59,140 nt of DNA from an uncultured virus (IMG/VR IMGVR_UViG_3300030376_007244) (IMGVR_UViG_3300030376_007244); one strand, 5' to 3'. Shown: positions 1-8,662, counted from the first letter of the stretch. Notes: generated by a model from the sequence alone, not told the origin. Numbers and translations are program-made.

Positions 1-712
1 ATCTGGAATATTCGGTCATACTGGGATGAAGAAATCGTTTGATAAGATATTTGTGTTTGGAGAAAAAGAGAGACAAATATTCTCACAGGTTTTTGACCCA
101 AAAGATGTATTGGTTGGCGGAATACCTGGTAATGATTCGTTATTCGACGCACATATGGAACATAATATTAGTAACCATGTTGATTCACATATATTGGTCA
201 TACCTAACTTTTTAGGAAACAGATCTCACCCATTTTCTAGAGCCATGGATGAAGATTTTGTAAGAGATACACAATTAGAACAGTTATCACAAGAGTATGG
301 ATTACCAATTGTCACCAAAATTAAGTCACGATTAGACGATCCAAACAGGGAAAGAAATATTGAGTACGTAATGGATTTGATTCCAAACGGAGAGGTTGTT
401 GTAGATAGTGATGATATAGACACATTGGTTGCAAATTCAAATGTCGTGGTGAGCGCATTATCAACGTTGGCATTCAAACCTATACAGTTTGGTAAGAGAA
501 CGATAGTAATTGAAGGAACTGGACAGGTCGGTAATTTTTATGATTATAATTATTTGGTGGATCCAGCTGAAGTCAACATGATAGAAATAGTTAACGGTTT
601 CGAACAAGATAGGGAATTTATAAAGACAACTCTTGCTGGTGGAATAGATTTTTGTGCTAAAAACATATACATAGAAGAATTATTGAGGACATACAATGAA
701 AGTAATATATAG
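1..712 (+). CDS. Glycosyltransferase-like / polysaccharide-biosynthesis protein, C-terminal part (probably truncated by the window edge)
   Basis: Frame is open from position 2 to the stop at 712. 'DTLVANSNVVVSALSTLAF...GKRTIVI' resembles the C-terminal Rossmann domain of GT-B enzymes. Adjacent to GT2 genes. Confidence 0.5.
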   Translation, partial: SGIFGHTGMKKSFDKIFVFGEKERQIFSQVFDPKDVLVGGIPGNDSLFDAHMEHNISNHVDSHILVIPNFLGNRSHPFSRAMDEDFVRDTQLEQLSQEYGLPIVTKIKSRLDDPNRERNIEYVMDLIPNGEVVVDSDDIDTLVANSNVVVSALSTLAFKPIQFGKRTIVIEGTGQVGNFYDYNYLVDPAEVNMIEIVNGFEQDREFIKTTLAGGIDFCAKNIYIEELLRTYNESNI

Positions 713-1388
713 AATATCTGATGGTGGTTACGCTAAGGAAAAACCAGATTATATAGACAACGAGAAATGTTTATTTAATGCATCTCTCAGATTTGGTGCT
801 AGCAACATTCATGTAATTGCAGATGGTTGTGGACCAAGAACTATGAAGATGATACGTAAAGAGTTTCCAAAGAGCAGCATAACTAAAGTACAGGTTGGAC
901 ATGGTGCAGGTACATTTAATATTGCCTTAGATATGGCATTGAATCAGTTTAAAAATGAGGACTATATTTACTTCTTAGAAAATGATTATCTACACAAAGG
1001 ACAAGCTAGAGAAGTGCTTCAAGAAGGTATAGATCTCGGAGCATCGTTTATTGCATTGTACGATCATCCAGATAAATACCTAGACCCAAGCAAAGGTGGT
1101 AATCCATACTGTGAAGGTGGTGCTGAGGATACAAGAGTTTATTTAACGAAGACATGCCATTGGAAAGTGACCAATTCTACAACAATGACATTTGCAGCAA
1201 GAGTGGATGTGTTGAGAGAGACAGAGCCCATACTAAGAAAGTGGACAACTGGAACATATCCAGAAGATTTTAAAATGTTTTTAGATTTAAGAGAGAATGG
1301 ACATCTACTAATATCATCGATTCCAGGTTTTTCTACCCATGGAGAAACAGCATGGCTGTCTCCACTAACTGATTGGAGCGTACAATGA
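696..1388 (+). CDS. GT-A fold glycosyltransferase-like protein
   Basis: 'IHVIADG' and 'YIYFLENDYLH' (DxD-like motif); overlaps its neighbours in an operon. Confidence 0.65.
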   Translation: MKVIYRISDGGYAKEKPDYIDNEKCLFNASLRFGASNIHVIADGCGPRTMKMIRKEFPKSSITKVQVGHGAGTFNIALDMALNQFKNEDYIYFLENDYLHKGQAREVLQEGIDLGASFIALYDHPDKYLDPSKGGNPYCEGGAEDTRVYLTKTCHWKVTNSTTMTFAARVDVLRETEPILRKWTTGTYPEDFKMFLDLRENGHLLISSIPGFSTHGETAWLSPLTDWSVQ

Positions 1389-2155
1389 TTTCAGTAATAA
1401 TACCAACATATAAGGAACCAGAAGCTTTAGATTTATGTTTAAGATCTGCAGTGGAGGGAATGAAGACTAACTACGAAGAGATTATAGTAGTCGTAGATGG
1501 GACGTATGATGTAAACAAAGAAGTGCTTGACAAATACGAAACAGTAAAGTACATTGTGTTAGATGAAAACTATGGTACAGGACATGCAATCAATATTGGC
1601 GTTAGTTCTGCAACACAACCATATGTTTTAATTGTTAATGATGACAATGTATTTCCTCGTGATTGGGATAAGAAGCTTGTTGGGTACTGTAACGAACAAT
1701 GGGTTGTGGCACCAAATCACATAGAACCGTACGATTCTATATTTGAACAGTTTCATATAAAAGATTTAGGAAGAGATCCAAAAACATTTGATTTAGAAAA
1801 GTTTTGGGATTACGAAGAAAGTATATCCGAGAAAGAAACAGATGTTACAGGTTCAACGTTTCCAGTGTTGGTTTCTAAACAGGCATTTCTATATCTTGGA
1901 GGGTGGGATACCAACTATCCTACACAAGCTGGATTAGTTGCTGATTGGGATTTCTTTTTGAAGGCTACGCTAGCAGGTTTAAAATTGATGAGAACATATC
2001 AATCTCACTTCTATCATTTTGTATCGTTAGCACAAAAATCAACTCAACAAGAAGAAGCAAATAGATTAACAGAGATAGAGTGTCACGAATATGCTAAGTG
2101 GAAGTGGGGAGATTATATCAAGCATGACCCTAAAACTAATGCTAAAAGCATATAA
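1385..2155 (+). CDS. Glycosyltransferase family 2
   Basis: 'ISVIIPTY...EIIVVVDG...NIGV...LIVNDDNVF...GGWD...DWDFF'. Start placed at ATG 1385 (ATGA overlap with the upstream stop). Confidence 0.9.
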   Translation: MISVIIPTYKEPEALDLCLRSAVEGMKTNYEEIIVVVDGTYDVNKEVLDKYETVKYIVLDENYGTGHAINIGVSSATQPYVLIVNDDNVFPRDWDKKLVGYCNEQWVVAPNHIEPYDSIFEQFHIKDLGRDPKTFDLEKFWDYEESISEKETDVTGSTFPVLVSKQAFLYLGGWDTNYPTQAGLVADWDFFLKATLAGLKLMRTYQSHFYHFVSLAQKSTQQEEANRLTEIECHEYAKWKWGDYIKHDPKTNAKSI

Positions 2156-2174
2156 ATACGATATTTAGTATTAT

Positions 2175-2255
2175 ATGATACACGAAGAACACAAATGTGA
2201 ATGTAAAAACTGCAAATGTCGTGAAGCATGCGGCTGTAGTTGTTGTGATTGTTAA
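2175..2255 (+). CDS. Cys-rich metallothionein-like micropeptide (26 aa)
   Basis: Manual translation MIHEEHKCECKNCKCREACGCSCCDC (9 Cys, 2 His). Fills an intergenic gap just after an ATATTTAG motif. Confidence 0.55.
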   Translation: MIHEEHKCECKNCKCREACGCSCCDC

Positions 2256-2281
2256 TTTTAAATGGTTAATGGAGAACTGTT

Positions 2282-2773
2282 ATGCCAAAAAAGCCTGCGT
2301 CGTTTGAATATAATGCGACACTAGTTAGAGTTTTAGATGGAGATACGATTGATGCGTATATCGATCTCGGTTTCGATCTTAAAATAAAAAAACGAATTAG
2401 ATACATGGGTATTGATACTTGGGAAAGTAGAACTCGTGATTTAGATGAGAAGAAAAAAGGATTGGCTGCAAAGGCTCGAAATAAAGAGCTTTTAGAAGCT
2501 GGTGTTTTTAAAGTAATATCACACGGAACTGGTAAATTTGGTCGTGTATTAGGTGAGGTTTATGTTTCACCAGATGCTGTTGGACATGAAATTGCTGAGA
2601 ACGTAGACAAGACATCAGATGGTTTGGTCAGTATAAACGATATTCTTATCAACGAAGGACACGCATACGAGTATGATGGTGGTAAAAAGAAAGTATTTCA
2701 AGAGGAAATAAAGTCAGAAAAAGCTGCCAAAAAAGAAGACTTAGTCGATAAAAAAGCTGAAGAATCTGCATAA
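2282..2773 (+). CDS. SNase-like (thermonuclease family) nuclease
   Basis: 'RVLDGDTID...RIRYMGIDTWESR...GKFGRVLG...INDILINEGHA'; SD GGAG upstream. Confidence 0.85.
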   Translation: MPKKPASFEYNATLVRVLDGDTIDAYIDLGFDLKIKKRIRYMGIDTWESRTRDLDEKKKGLAAKARNKELLEAGVFKVISHGTGKFGRVLGEVYVSPDAVGHEIAENVDKTSDGLVSINDILINEGHAYEYDGGKKKVFQEEIKSEKAAKKEDLVDKKAEESA

Positions 2774-2810
2774 AAGCATGTACATTTAACGGAGATACGT
2801 TTAGATTCTA
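2772..2810 (+). promoter_or_regulatory. Putative early promoter, copy 1 (TGTACA-N17-TAGATT)
   Basis: AAAAGCATGTACA...TAGATTCTA, same motif as 7 other intergenic copies. Confidence 0.7.
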
Positions 2811-2812
2811 AT

Positions 2813-3058
2813 ATGACAGAGTTTTATATATTTCTACCAGACGATGATAAGAGTACCTTACAATACGACACTAATATTTTAGGTCGTGAAAGCTTTGGTA
2901 CGTTTTATGCTGAAAGAGGTATGCAAACACTCGAGCGCATAATAGAAAGGAAGCCTTCTTACCTCAAAGATACAGAGATTGTAACAGATGCAGGTACGAA
3001 GTATTCCATAACTGAGTTTTTGGATCATCTTAACAAATTAAAGGTATTATTTAACTAG
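2813..3058 (+). CDS. Hypothetical protein (probably leaderless mRNA)
   Basis: ORF track; ATG lies 5 nt after the TAGATT element. Confidence 0.65.
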   Translation: MTEFYIFLPDDDKSTLQYDTNILGRESFGTFYAERGMQTLERIIERKPSYLKDTEIVTDAGTKYSITEFLDHLNKLKVLFN

Positions 3059-3064
3059 GAGAAT

Positions 3065-3247
3065 ATGATGAATAACGATTATCACCTTTACGCTGAAGAA
3101 TATGAGAATGATGAGATTGATGAAGTCAGACGAAAACGTCATAGGTCATCCAAAAAACTTTCATATCCTCAACACAAGCATCTAAAGGAGTCTAAGAAAA
3201 ATGGAACAAAGTATCCTAAAAAACCTAAACGGAATCGTTCTCGGTAG
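3065..3247 (+). CDS. Hypothetical protein with acidic N-terminus and basic C-terminus
   Basis: ORF track; SD AGGAG upstream. Confidence 0.55.
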   Translation: MMNNDYHLYAEEYENDEIDEVRRKRHRSSKKLSYPQHKHLKESKKNGTKYPKKPKRNRSR

Positions 3248-3719
3248 TTTATTATTATTTTTTATTGGTTGTGAATCACCGCATGAACCGGTTGATGACA
3301 ATCATGGAACAATCTATGTAACGGTTGAATACATACCAGAAATAGATTTAGGATCAAATTGGCAAACTCTCTATACTATGTGGGGAGTTGCCGAATCCAA
3401 TGATATGGACATTACATATACAAGAGTCGAATGGGAATCTGATATGTTTTGGCATATAACCGATAACAGTGGATACTTTAGATTAGATTGCAGAGAATGC
3501 GAAGAGGGTACATGGTATGATGAAGATGGTACAACATCACGAGATACATTTAGTGAACATGTATATGTACCAGTTACAAACCAAGTTTCATTAGTAAGAG
3601 AAGATGGAGAGTTTAACAATGTGTTGGCTCCAGTACAATCAATGGTAGGTCAGCACATGTGGTTGTGGTGGTCTATATCAAGTACAGTGATTGATTCACA
3701 AAGGATACAAATTAGGTAA
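3201..3719 (+). CDS. Putative lipoprotein
   Basis: Hydrophobic signal ending in lipobox-like FFIG-C; SD AGGAG. Confidence 0.6.
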   Translation: MEQSILKNLNGIVLGSLLLFFIGCESPHEPVDDNHGTIYVTVEYIPEIDLGSNWQTLYTMWGVAESNDMDITYTRVEWESDMFWHITDNSGYFRLDCRECEEGTWYDEDGTTSRDTFSEHVYVPVTNQVSLVREDGEFNNVLAPVQSMVGQHMWLWWSISSTVIDSQRIQIR

Positions 3720-3737
3720 AAAGATAGGAGATAAACG

Positions 3738-3878
3738 ATGGCAAGACCAATAGGAGGAGACTCTAGTGGAAGAACAAAGGCTAGAAAGAAGCAAAGATTA
3801 GGATTAGGTAAAGGTACAAAGTACGGTAGGATTGGTGGTAAACGATATAAGAAAAGATACAGAGGACAGGGAAGATGA
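3738..3878 (+). CDS. Small basic protein ending KKRYRGQGR (46 aa)
   Basis: Manual translation MARPIGGDSSGRTKARKKQRLGLGKGTKYGRIGGKRYKKRYRGQGR. SD AGGAG; ATGA overlap with the next gene. The YRGQG terminus is familiar from aquatic phage small proteins. Confidence 0.7.
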   Translation: MARPIGGDSSGRTKARKKQRLGLGKGTKYGRIGGKRYKKRYRGQGR

Positions 3879-4129
3879 AGTATGTTGTAGTAGAACGAGC
3901 CACTGATAATATTAAGGGCAAAATAAATGCTGTAGACGAAAATGGTGTGATAGTGTATTTTACGGATAAGATGAAGATTTCAGAAGAAAACTTTAAGAAG
4001 CAATTCTATGTTACAACTGAACCTGAATGGCAAACTGGATTTAAAAATAATCTACAAAATCGTCAATTAGATAAACGAAAGTTTGAATGGTGGAAAGACG
4101 AAGGCACATATTTGGATATTGACTCTTGA
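3875..4129 (+). CDS. Hypothetical protein
   Basis: ORF track; overlaps both neighbours by 4 nt. Confidence 0.65.
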   Translation: MKYVVVERATDNIKGKINAVDENGVIVYFTDKMKISEENFKKQFYVTTEPEWQTGFKNNLQNRQLDKRKFEWWKDEGTYLDIDS

Positions 4130-4905
4130 TCAATAACAATATACAATATTGGAAGGACAATCATAAGACATGGTTATCTGATAATCCTTTCCAGTACTGG
4201 CAGATTGATAGTATGTTAGATGGTGCAGTACTGGATAATATAGCAGACTATGATAAGATACAAAAAGCATGGGATCATGTCAATTCTATACCAGATCCAT
4301 CAAAAAGGTGGGGATTATCTGAGTTTTGGAACGATTTAGAAGGAAAACGTGGATTAAGTAACGTTACTGGAGATCAAGAGATCCATGAAGTTTTGAAGTA
4401 TTTGAATGGTGATGAATTTGTTGGGTTTCTAAGACACATAACTGGAATATCAGACCTAATAAGTGATGATACATTTTCAGGAGGTGGAGTACACATAGTA
4501 CCGAAAGGCGGAAAGTTGGGTGTACACTGTGATTTCAGTATACATGATGATCAAAAATTCAATGGTTATTGGAGAAGAGTTAACGTGTTACTTTATATGA
4601 ATCATGATTGGAAAGATGAGTGGAATGGTCATTTAGAATTATGGGATAAACCACGTAAACACGGTGGAGTGTGTGTTAATAAGATACGACCAGATTTTAA
4701 TCGAATGGTAATATTTGGAACTAACGAAAATTCATGGCACGGTCATCCTACACCCTTGGATTGTCCAGAAGATAAGAAACGTATATCGTTGGCTACGTAT
4801 TATTACTCAAAGCAATCAAGTAGTGATACAACGAATCATTCTACACTGTTTGCCGAGTCGGATGATCATTTGGGTTGGATGAAAGGTCAAGGTTTAATAG
4901 ACTAA
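4126..4905 (+). CDS. 2OG-Fe(II) oxygenase (prolyl-hydroxylase-like)
   Basis: 'GGGVH...GGKLGVHCDF...RRVNVLLYMN...GHLELW...FNRMVIF...SWHGHP...RISLATYYY' (HxD...H...R). Confidence 0.9.
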   Translation: MINNNIQYWKDNHKTWLSDNPFQYWQIDSMLDGAVLDNIADYDKIQKAWDHVNSIPDPSKRWGLSEFWNDLEGKRGLSNVTGDQEIHEVLKYLNGDEFVGFLRHITGISDLISDDTFSGGGVHIVPKGGKLGVHCDFSIHDDQKFNGYWRRVNVLLYMNHDWKDEWNGHLELWDKPRKHGGVCVNKIRPDFNRMVIFGTNENSWHGHPTPLDCPEDKKRISLATYYYSKQSSSDTTNHSTLFAESDDHLGWMKGQGLID

Positions 4906-4910
4906 CAAAA

Positions 4911-4950
4911 TGTTACAGCTGTTACAGTGTATATTGTAACAATTTGAACA
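4911..4950. promoter_or_regulatory. Symmetric operator/enhancer-like array TGTTACA x2 / TGTAACA, TTGAACA
   Basis: TGTTACA at 4911 and 4920 (9-bp period), mirrored by TGTAACA at 4935 and TTGAACA at 4944. Lies about 100-140 bp upstream of a sigma54-like site. Confidence 0.55.
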
Positions 4951-4957
4951 ACTAATT

Positions 4958-4985
4958 AATAGGGACTTCGTGTCCCTATTTTTTT
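4958..4985 (+). terminator. Intrinsic terminator
   Basis: AATAGGGAC-TTCGT-GTCCCTATT followed by a T-run. Confidence 0.8.
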
Positions 4986-5052
4986 GCATTATAACTTCAA
5001 CAATAACTTCACTTAAAAAATAATTTAAAATAATTTCCCCCAGTGAGGACTT

Positions 5053-5068
5053 TGGCATACTTTTTTCT
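5053..5068 (+). promoter_or_regulatory. Sigma54-like -24/-12 promoter (TGGCATA-N4-TTTC)
   Basis: TGGCATACTTTTTTCT has exact GG-N10 spacing, with TC in place of GC at -12. Lies upstream of the pilin genes; the same variant precedes hsp20. Confidence 0.55.
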
Positions 5069-5124
5069 ATATACCCTATAGGAAGACTACTATTAACAAG
5101 TAAAAATACAAAAGGAGCATTAAA

Positions 5125-5784
5125 ATGTTCAAAACAATAATCAAAATCATAAAAAAGATGTTCAAAACACTTAAGAGCAACAGAGGAAACTCTCTTGCTG
5201 AATTCGCAGTTACAACTGCAATGATGGCTACACTAGCTACAACTGCTGCACCTAAATTTGGTAATGTTGGAGCAGCTGCAAAAGAAAAAAAGTCTATAGC
5301 TAACATCGATAAGATTTTAACAGTTGCAAACAACTACTACAACCAAGCTGTGTCTGAAGAAGGTAAAGGAAGATTTCCAGGACAATCAAAGTATGATCAA
5401 ATGGTGGGTGGAATAGATCTAGGAGATGGAGCACTTACTGATGAAACTCTTGAAGCATATATTGAAACAATACTTGAACAAAAAGATTCGTATGAATCTG
5501 AATTAGGTGAGTTTGTTTACGTATTCTCATCAGCAAGTGATGACGATGACGCTTTACAAGGCGATTGGATGAACCTAGAAACATCAGTTGGTTTTAATGC
5601 AGGTGGATCACTCGATTTCAAGAAAGACTTTGGTAACCAAGGAATCAAATCACCATTTCAGGATGGTTCGTATGCTTACTTAGTAATACCAGGAAGTGGT
5701 AGTGGAACAGATGCACAAGCACCTGCTCTAGTCGTAATAGACACTGAAAACCCAGGAAATTTATTTAAAACTTTAGTACCGTAG
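5125..5784 (+). CDS. Type IV pilin-like protein (atypical N at +1)
   Basis: Basic leader, then RG|NSLAEFAVTTAMMATLATTAAPKF: G-1, E+5, hydrophobic helix and Pro at +22. SD AAGGAG. Confidence 0.7.
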   Translation: MFKTIIKIIKKMFKTLKSNRGNSLAEFAVTTAMMATLATTAAPKFGNVGAAAKEKKSIANIDKILTVANNYYNQAVSEEGKGRFPGQSKYDQMVGGIDLGDGALTDETLEAYIETILEQKDSYESELGEFVYVFSSASDDDDALQGDWMNLETSVGFNAGGSLDFKKDFGNQGIKSPFQDGSYAYLVIPGSGSGTDAQAPALVVIDTENPGNLFKTLVP

Positions 5785-5821
5785 ACAATTAAGTTTACGT
5801 TAATAAACGAAAGGCAAAACA

Positions 5822-6262
5822 ATGAACAACATATTAAAGAACACATCAAAAGGTTTCACATTGATTGAGCTTGTTATGGTGACAATCATACTTGGAATCT
5901 TAGCTGCTGTTGCAATACCTCGATATCAGCAAACTGTTGATAATGCAGAAGCAACTGCAGAGAAAACATTTGTAGACATGGTATGGGCAGGTGTAGAACA
6001 AGAAGCTTCTGAAAGACTAACAGATGATGGACTCGAGGCATGGCCTTACAATCCACTAACAGTTATTGGTAGAAGCCGTAACATATCAGTTACTCTGTTT
6101 GAAGGTATACCTGATGAAGATAATGAATGGCAGTTTAGTGTAGATGCAGTTGGAACACCAGCAATATTCCACCACAGACGAAATGATGAGATCTATTACT
6201 ACAAATACGATTCATTGACATTCGAGTTAGACGAAGAACCTACTCTTTATACAAACGAATAA
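5822..6262 (+). CDS. Type IV pilin / pseudopilin with N-methylation site
   Basis: KG|FTLIELVMVTIILGILAAVAIPRY, the canonical prepilin motif. Confidence 0.92.
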   Translation: MNNILKNTSKGFTLIELVMVTIILGILAAVAIPRYQQTVDNAEATAEKTFVDMVWAGVEQEASERLTDDGLEAWPYNPLTVIGRSRNISVTLFEGIPDEDNEWQFSVDAVGTPAIFHHRRNDEIYYYKYDSLTFELDEEPTLYTNE

Positions 6263-6313
6263 TTAATGGGGGAATTGCTAACCTTTTCCCCTATTTATTA
6301 AAAAAGAGGACGT

Positions 6314-6757
6314 ATGAGACTTAAAATCACTGATGATATTTTAGAAATAATACTATTTGGTTTAATAATGGTTACTTTAGGGCTTGTGTTTTTTCAAAGT
6401 GACGAGCCCACTAAAGTACAAACTGAGCCAGATATTGCTTCATTTTCCGACTTCCCACTACAAGCATGGCAGACTACAGACTTACACGGTGGAGATTGCA
6501 TAAAGATTAGATACATGGTAACTAGACCAAATACTCGTTTATTTATGATAAATGCTGATGGTAAACGAGTTCACATGCAACCAATATCTTTAAGTCCAAG
6601 AAGAAGTGAAGACAGAATAGAAACATACGTATGGAAATTATATCGTACAGAGTGGACAGACAAAATCTCACCTGGAGAATATCTAATAGTGGTAGGAACA
6701 GATCACGATAGACGAGCCGCTCATCCCAACCTTTCAATAAAAGTAGATGTGATGTAA
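6314..6757 (+). CDS. Membrane-anchored protein with a beta-rich (Ig/FlgD-like) C-terminal domain
   Basis: N-terminal TM helix; 'YVWK...ISPGEYLIVV' resembles FlgD-Ig-type strands. Confidence 0.5.
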   Translation: MRLKITDDILEIILFGLIMVTLGLVFFQSDEPTKVQTEPDIASFSDFPLQAWQTTDLHGGDCIKIRYMVTRPNTRLFMINADGKRVHMQPISLSPRRSEDRIETYVWKLYRTEWTDKISPGEYLIVVGTDHDRRAAHPNLSIKVDVM

Positions 6758-6759
6758 AA

Positions 6760-7344
6760 ATGAAATACTTATTTATAATATTATTAAGTGTTGTGTATTC
6801 TCAAGACATTCAACAAACATCTGAATTTAAAAGAGATGTTGCATACGGAATAGATTGTGATGCTACAGAATACAGAGATTATAAAGGTTCACCTGCTTGG
6901 AAAGGTTATGGTGGATGGTTATCTGAATGTGATTCAATTCGTACAACACGATTAGATGCTGAGTTTGCTTTAAAATCAAAAGAAAGACAAAGACAAAAAG
7001 CAATTCAAGATAGTATTGATATAATAGAATTACAATCTATAGATTTAGATTTAGATGCTATGTGGGAAAATACTGTATGGGAAGAAATACAAGATGTAAC
7101 AGAAGTATATGCTGAAGTAGAACAAATAACTGCAGTTGCGGGTGTACGAGGTGCAGAAGCAGAAGATGAAGCATTAAATCATTTATATTATAGAAGGAGT
7201 ATGAAAGGGTTGGCATTGCTAGATCTACAAAAAGCATATGGCAAACTAAGCAATACTAGAGAAAAGGTTTCAGATCCACAAAGGATAGCAAAGATTGATA
7301 ATTTATTGTTACAACTAAAGAAAAGAATACAAAACGCATCTTAA
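6760..7344 (+). CDS. Secreted hypothetical protein
   Basis: Signal peptide MKYLFIILLSVVYS-Q; contains AVAGVRG motif. Confidence 0.65.
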   Translation: MKYLFIILLSVVYSQDIQQTSEFKRDVAYGIDCDATEYRDYKGSPAWKGYGGWLSECDSIRTTRLDAEFALKSKERQRQKAIQDSIDIIELQSIDLDLDAMWENTVWEEIQDVTEVYAEVEQITAVAGVRGAEAEDEALNHLYYRRSMKGLALLDLQKAYGKLSNTREKVSDPQRIAKIDNLLLQLKKRIQNAS

Positions 7345-7442
7345 CTGTTATCCCACCAAAGTTTACATAAAAGACATACTAAGAAGATATAATAGAGAGT
7401 TGATAACCATTCCCAAATGTATAGTGGTATTTCCAAAATGAG

Positions 7443-7466
7443 GAGGGCCGTATTTCTACGACCCTC
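7443..7466 (-). terminator. Hairpin terminator of the minus-strand gene
   Basis: Minus strand GAGGGTCGTA-GAAA-TACGGCCCTC, directly after the stop of 7476-7697 and between convergent genes. Confidence 0.6.
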
Positions 7467-7475
7467 ATATTCTCA

Positions 7476-7697
7476 TTATTTACGGAACAATCCGACTAAC
7501 AATAATAAAGCGACTAACCCAGCAAATCCAGATTCACCGAATTTACCTATTATCATTGTTAGATTACCAATAACATTTACTCCGAAGACACCGCTGCCAA
7601 AGAGGACTTCTGACATTGCGCCTACAGCAACTAAAGACATGAGTAGATGTACAATATCATCTATCCATACTTTGACCATTGTTATGGCTTCTTTCAT
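7476..7697 (-). CDS. Small two-TM membrane protein
   Basis: Hydrophobic 73 aa; strong SD (AAAGGAGAA) and ATATTTAG motif upstream on the minus strand. Confidence 0.8.
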   Translation of the reverse strand: MKEAITMVKVWIDDIVHLLMSLVAVGAMSEVLFGSGVFGVNVIGNLTMIIGKFGESGFAGLVALLLLVGLFRK

Positions 7698-7788
7698 TTG
7701 CTATTCTCCTTTTGTTCCAAAGAAAAAGAGGACCCGTTGAAGTCCTCTCAGGTCTAAATATTAATATATTTTTGTTAAAAAAGTGAAA

Positions 7789-7828
7789 AAAAGCATGTAC
7801 ATTAACCGGTTTTTATTAGTAGATTCTA
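7789..7828 (+). promoter_or_regulatory. Putative early promoter, copy 2 (TGTACA-N18-TAGATT)
   Basis: Conserved motif with upstream A-tracts and downstream AAGAGGTT RBS. Confidence 0.75.
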
Positions 7829-7848
7829 ATATAATTGAAAGAGGTTTC

Positions 7849-8394
7849 ATGAAAAATTGCAAGACGTGCGGTAAGTTTATGCCACACACAAGAATACATT
7901 TAGGATACAAGGAATGTGTTAGATGCAGCGACGTCGAAAAGTATTCAGCACATATAGTATATCCACATAAGACTGGTGGTTATGTACAACCAGTGAGTAG
8001 TGATACTAAAGATAGTTTACGTAGAATGGACAGACGCAGTGTTGGTGGTGGTAAGGTTGCAAAAGGTAGTGGATCATGGGATAGATGGTTAAAAGATTAT
8101 TATGCAAATAAAGAAAAGCAAAAATCGCGGGTGTCGTATAGTGGTAATACCTCAGCCTTCCAAGCTGATGCTGTCGGTTCGATTCCGTCCACCCGCTCCA
8201 TTAAAGATGTGATGAAAACTGCTATCAAAATGTTTATCAAGGATGGTTATCATATGAGTGTGCAATACGTTAATGGTTTATATTCTAAAGACGAAATCAC
8301 ATTGATCACTAAGTCCAATATAAACAACCATTTGACATATGTACATTCACATAATAAAAAACAGCAAAGGATGTTATTAAGTGAAGTATTATAA
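7849..8394 (+). CDS. Zn-ribbon-like protein (CxxC...CxxC) whose frame runs through a tRNA gene
   Basis: True start ATG 7849 after AAGAGGTT (the ORF-track start at 7783 translates the promoter). 'CKTCG...GYKECVRCS'. Confidence 0.65.
   Translation: MKNCKTCGKFMPHTRIHLGYKECVRCSDVEKYSAHIVYPHKTGGYVQPVSSDTKDSLRRMDRRSVGGGKVAKGSGSWDRWLKDYYANKEKQKSRVSYSGNTSAFQADAVGSIPSTRSIKDVMKTAIKMFIKDGYHMSVQYVNGLYSKDEITLITKSNINNHLTYVHSHNKKQQRMLLSEVL
8127..8200 (+). tRNA. tRNA-Gly(TCC) with encoded CCA
   Basis: Acceptor GCGGGTG/CACCCGC, D stem GTAT/ATAC, anticodon stem TCAGC/GCTGA with loop CT-TCC-AA, T loop TTCGATT, discriminator T plus CCA. One T-T mismatch in the T stem. Confidence 0.9.
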
Positions 8395-8662
8395 CAAAGA
8401 CGATATGTTCTTAATCACTGGTCATCAATTAAATCAGTGTATATGGGGAATAGAGATGATGATGGAATTGTTTCAAGAAAACGATGATATGATAATTAAA
8501 CTAGGGAGATTACGTGAAGAATTAATAAAAAAGATGAGTTACATGGAATTATTAGACAGTATAGGATTACCGCAAGCACCACCTGAAAATGAAATTGGGT
8601 GGGTAGATTTTTTAAGTGATCTGGGTTTGAAACCTTCTGAAAAGAAGGGAGGAAAGAAATGA
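8381..8662 (+). CDS. Hypothetical protein
   Basis: ORF track; GTG start after AAGGA. Confidence 0.6.
   Translation: MKYYNKDDMFLITGHQLNQCIWGIEMMMELFQENDDMIIKLGRLREELIKKMSYMELLDSIGLPQAPPENEIGWVDFLSDLGLKPSEKKGGKK

Noticed and set aside
5125..5169. Duplicated ATGTTCAAAACA at the start of the first pilin
   Set aside because: A 12-bp local duplication that only makes the start ambiguous (5125 has the SD); no functional evidence.
7417..7740. Plus-strand 107-aa ORF
   Set aside because: Antisense shadow of 7476-7697(-), which has an SD, a promoter motif and a terminator.
7783..7848. Shared 'MKKSMY' N-termini of track ORFs at 7783 and 13892
   Set aside because: They are translations of the promoter repeat; the real starts follow the AAGAGGTT RBS (7849, 13961).
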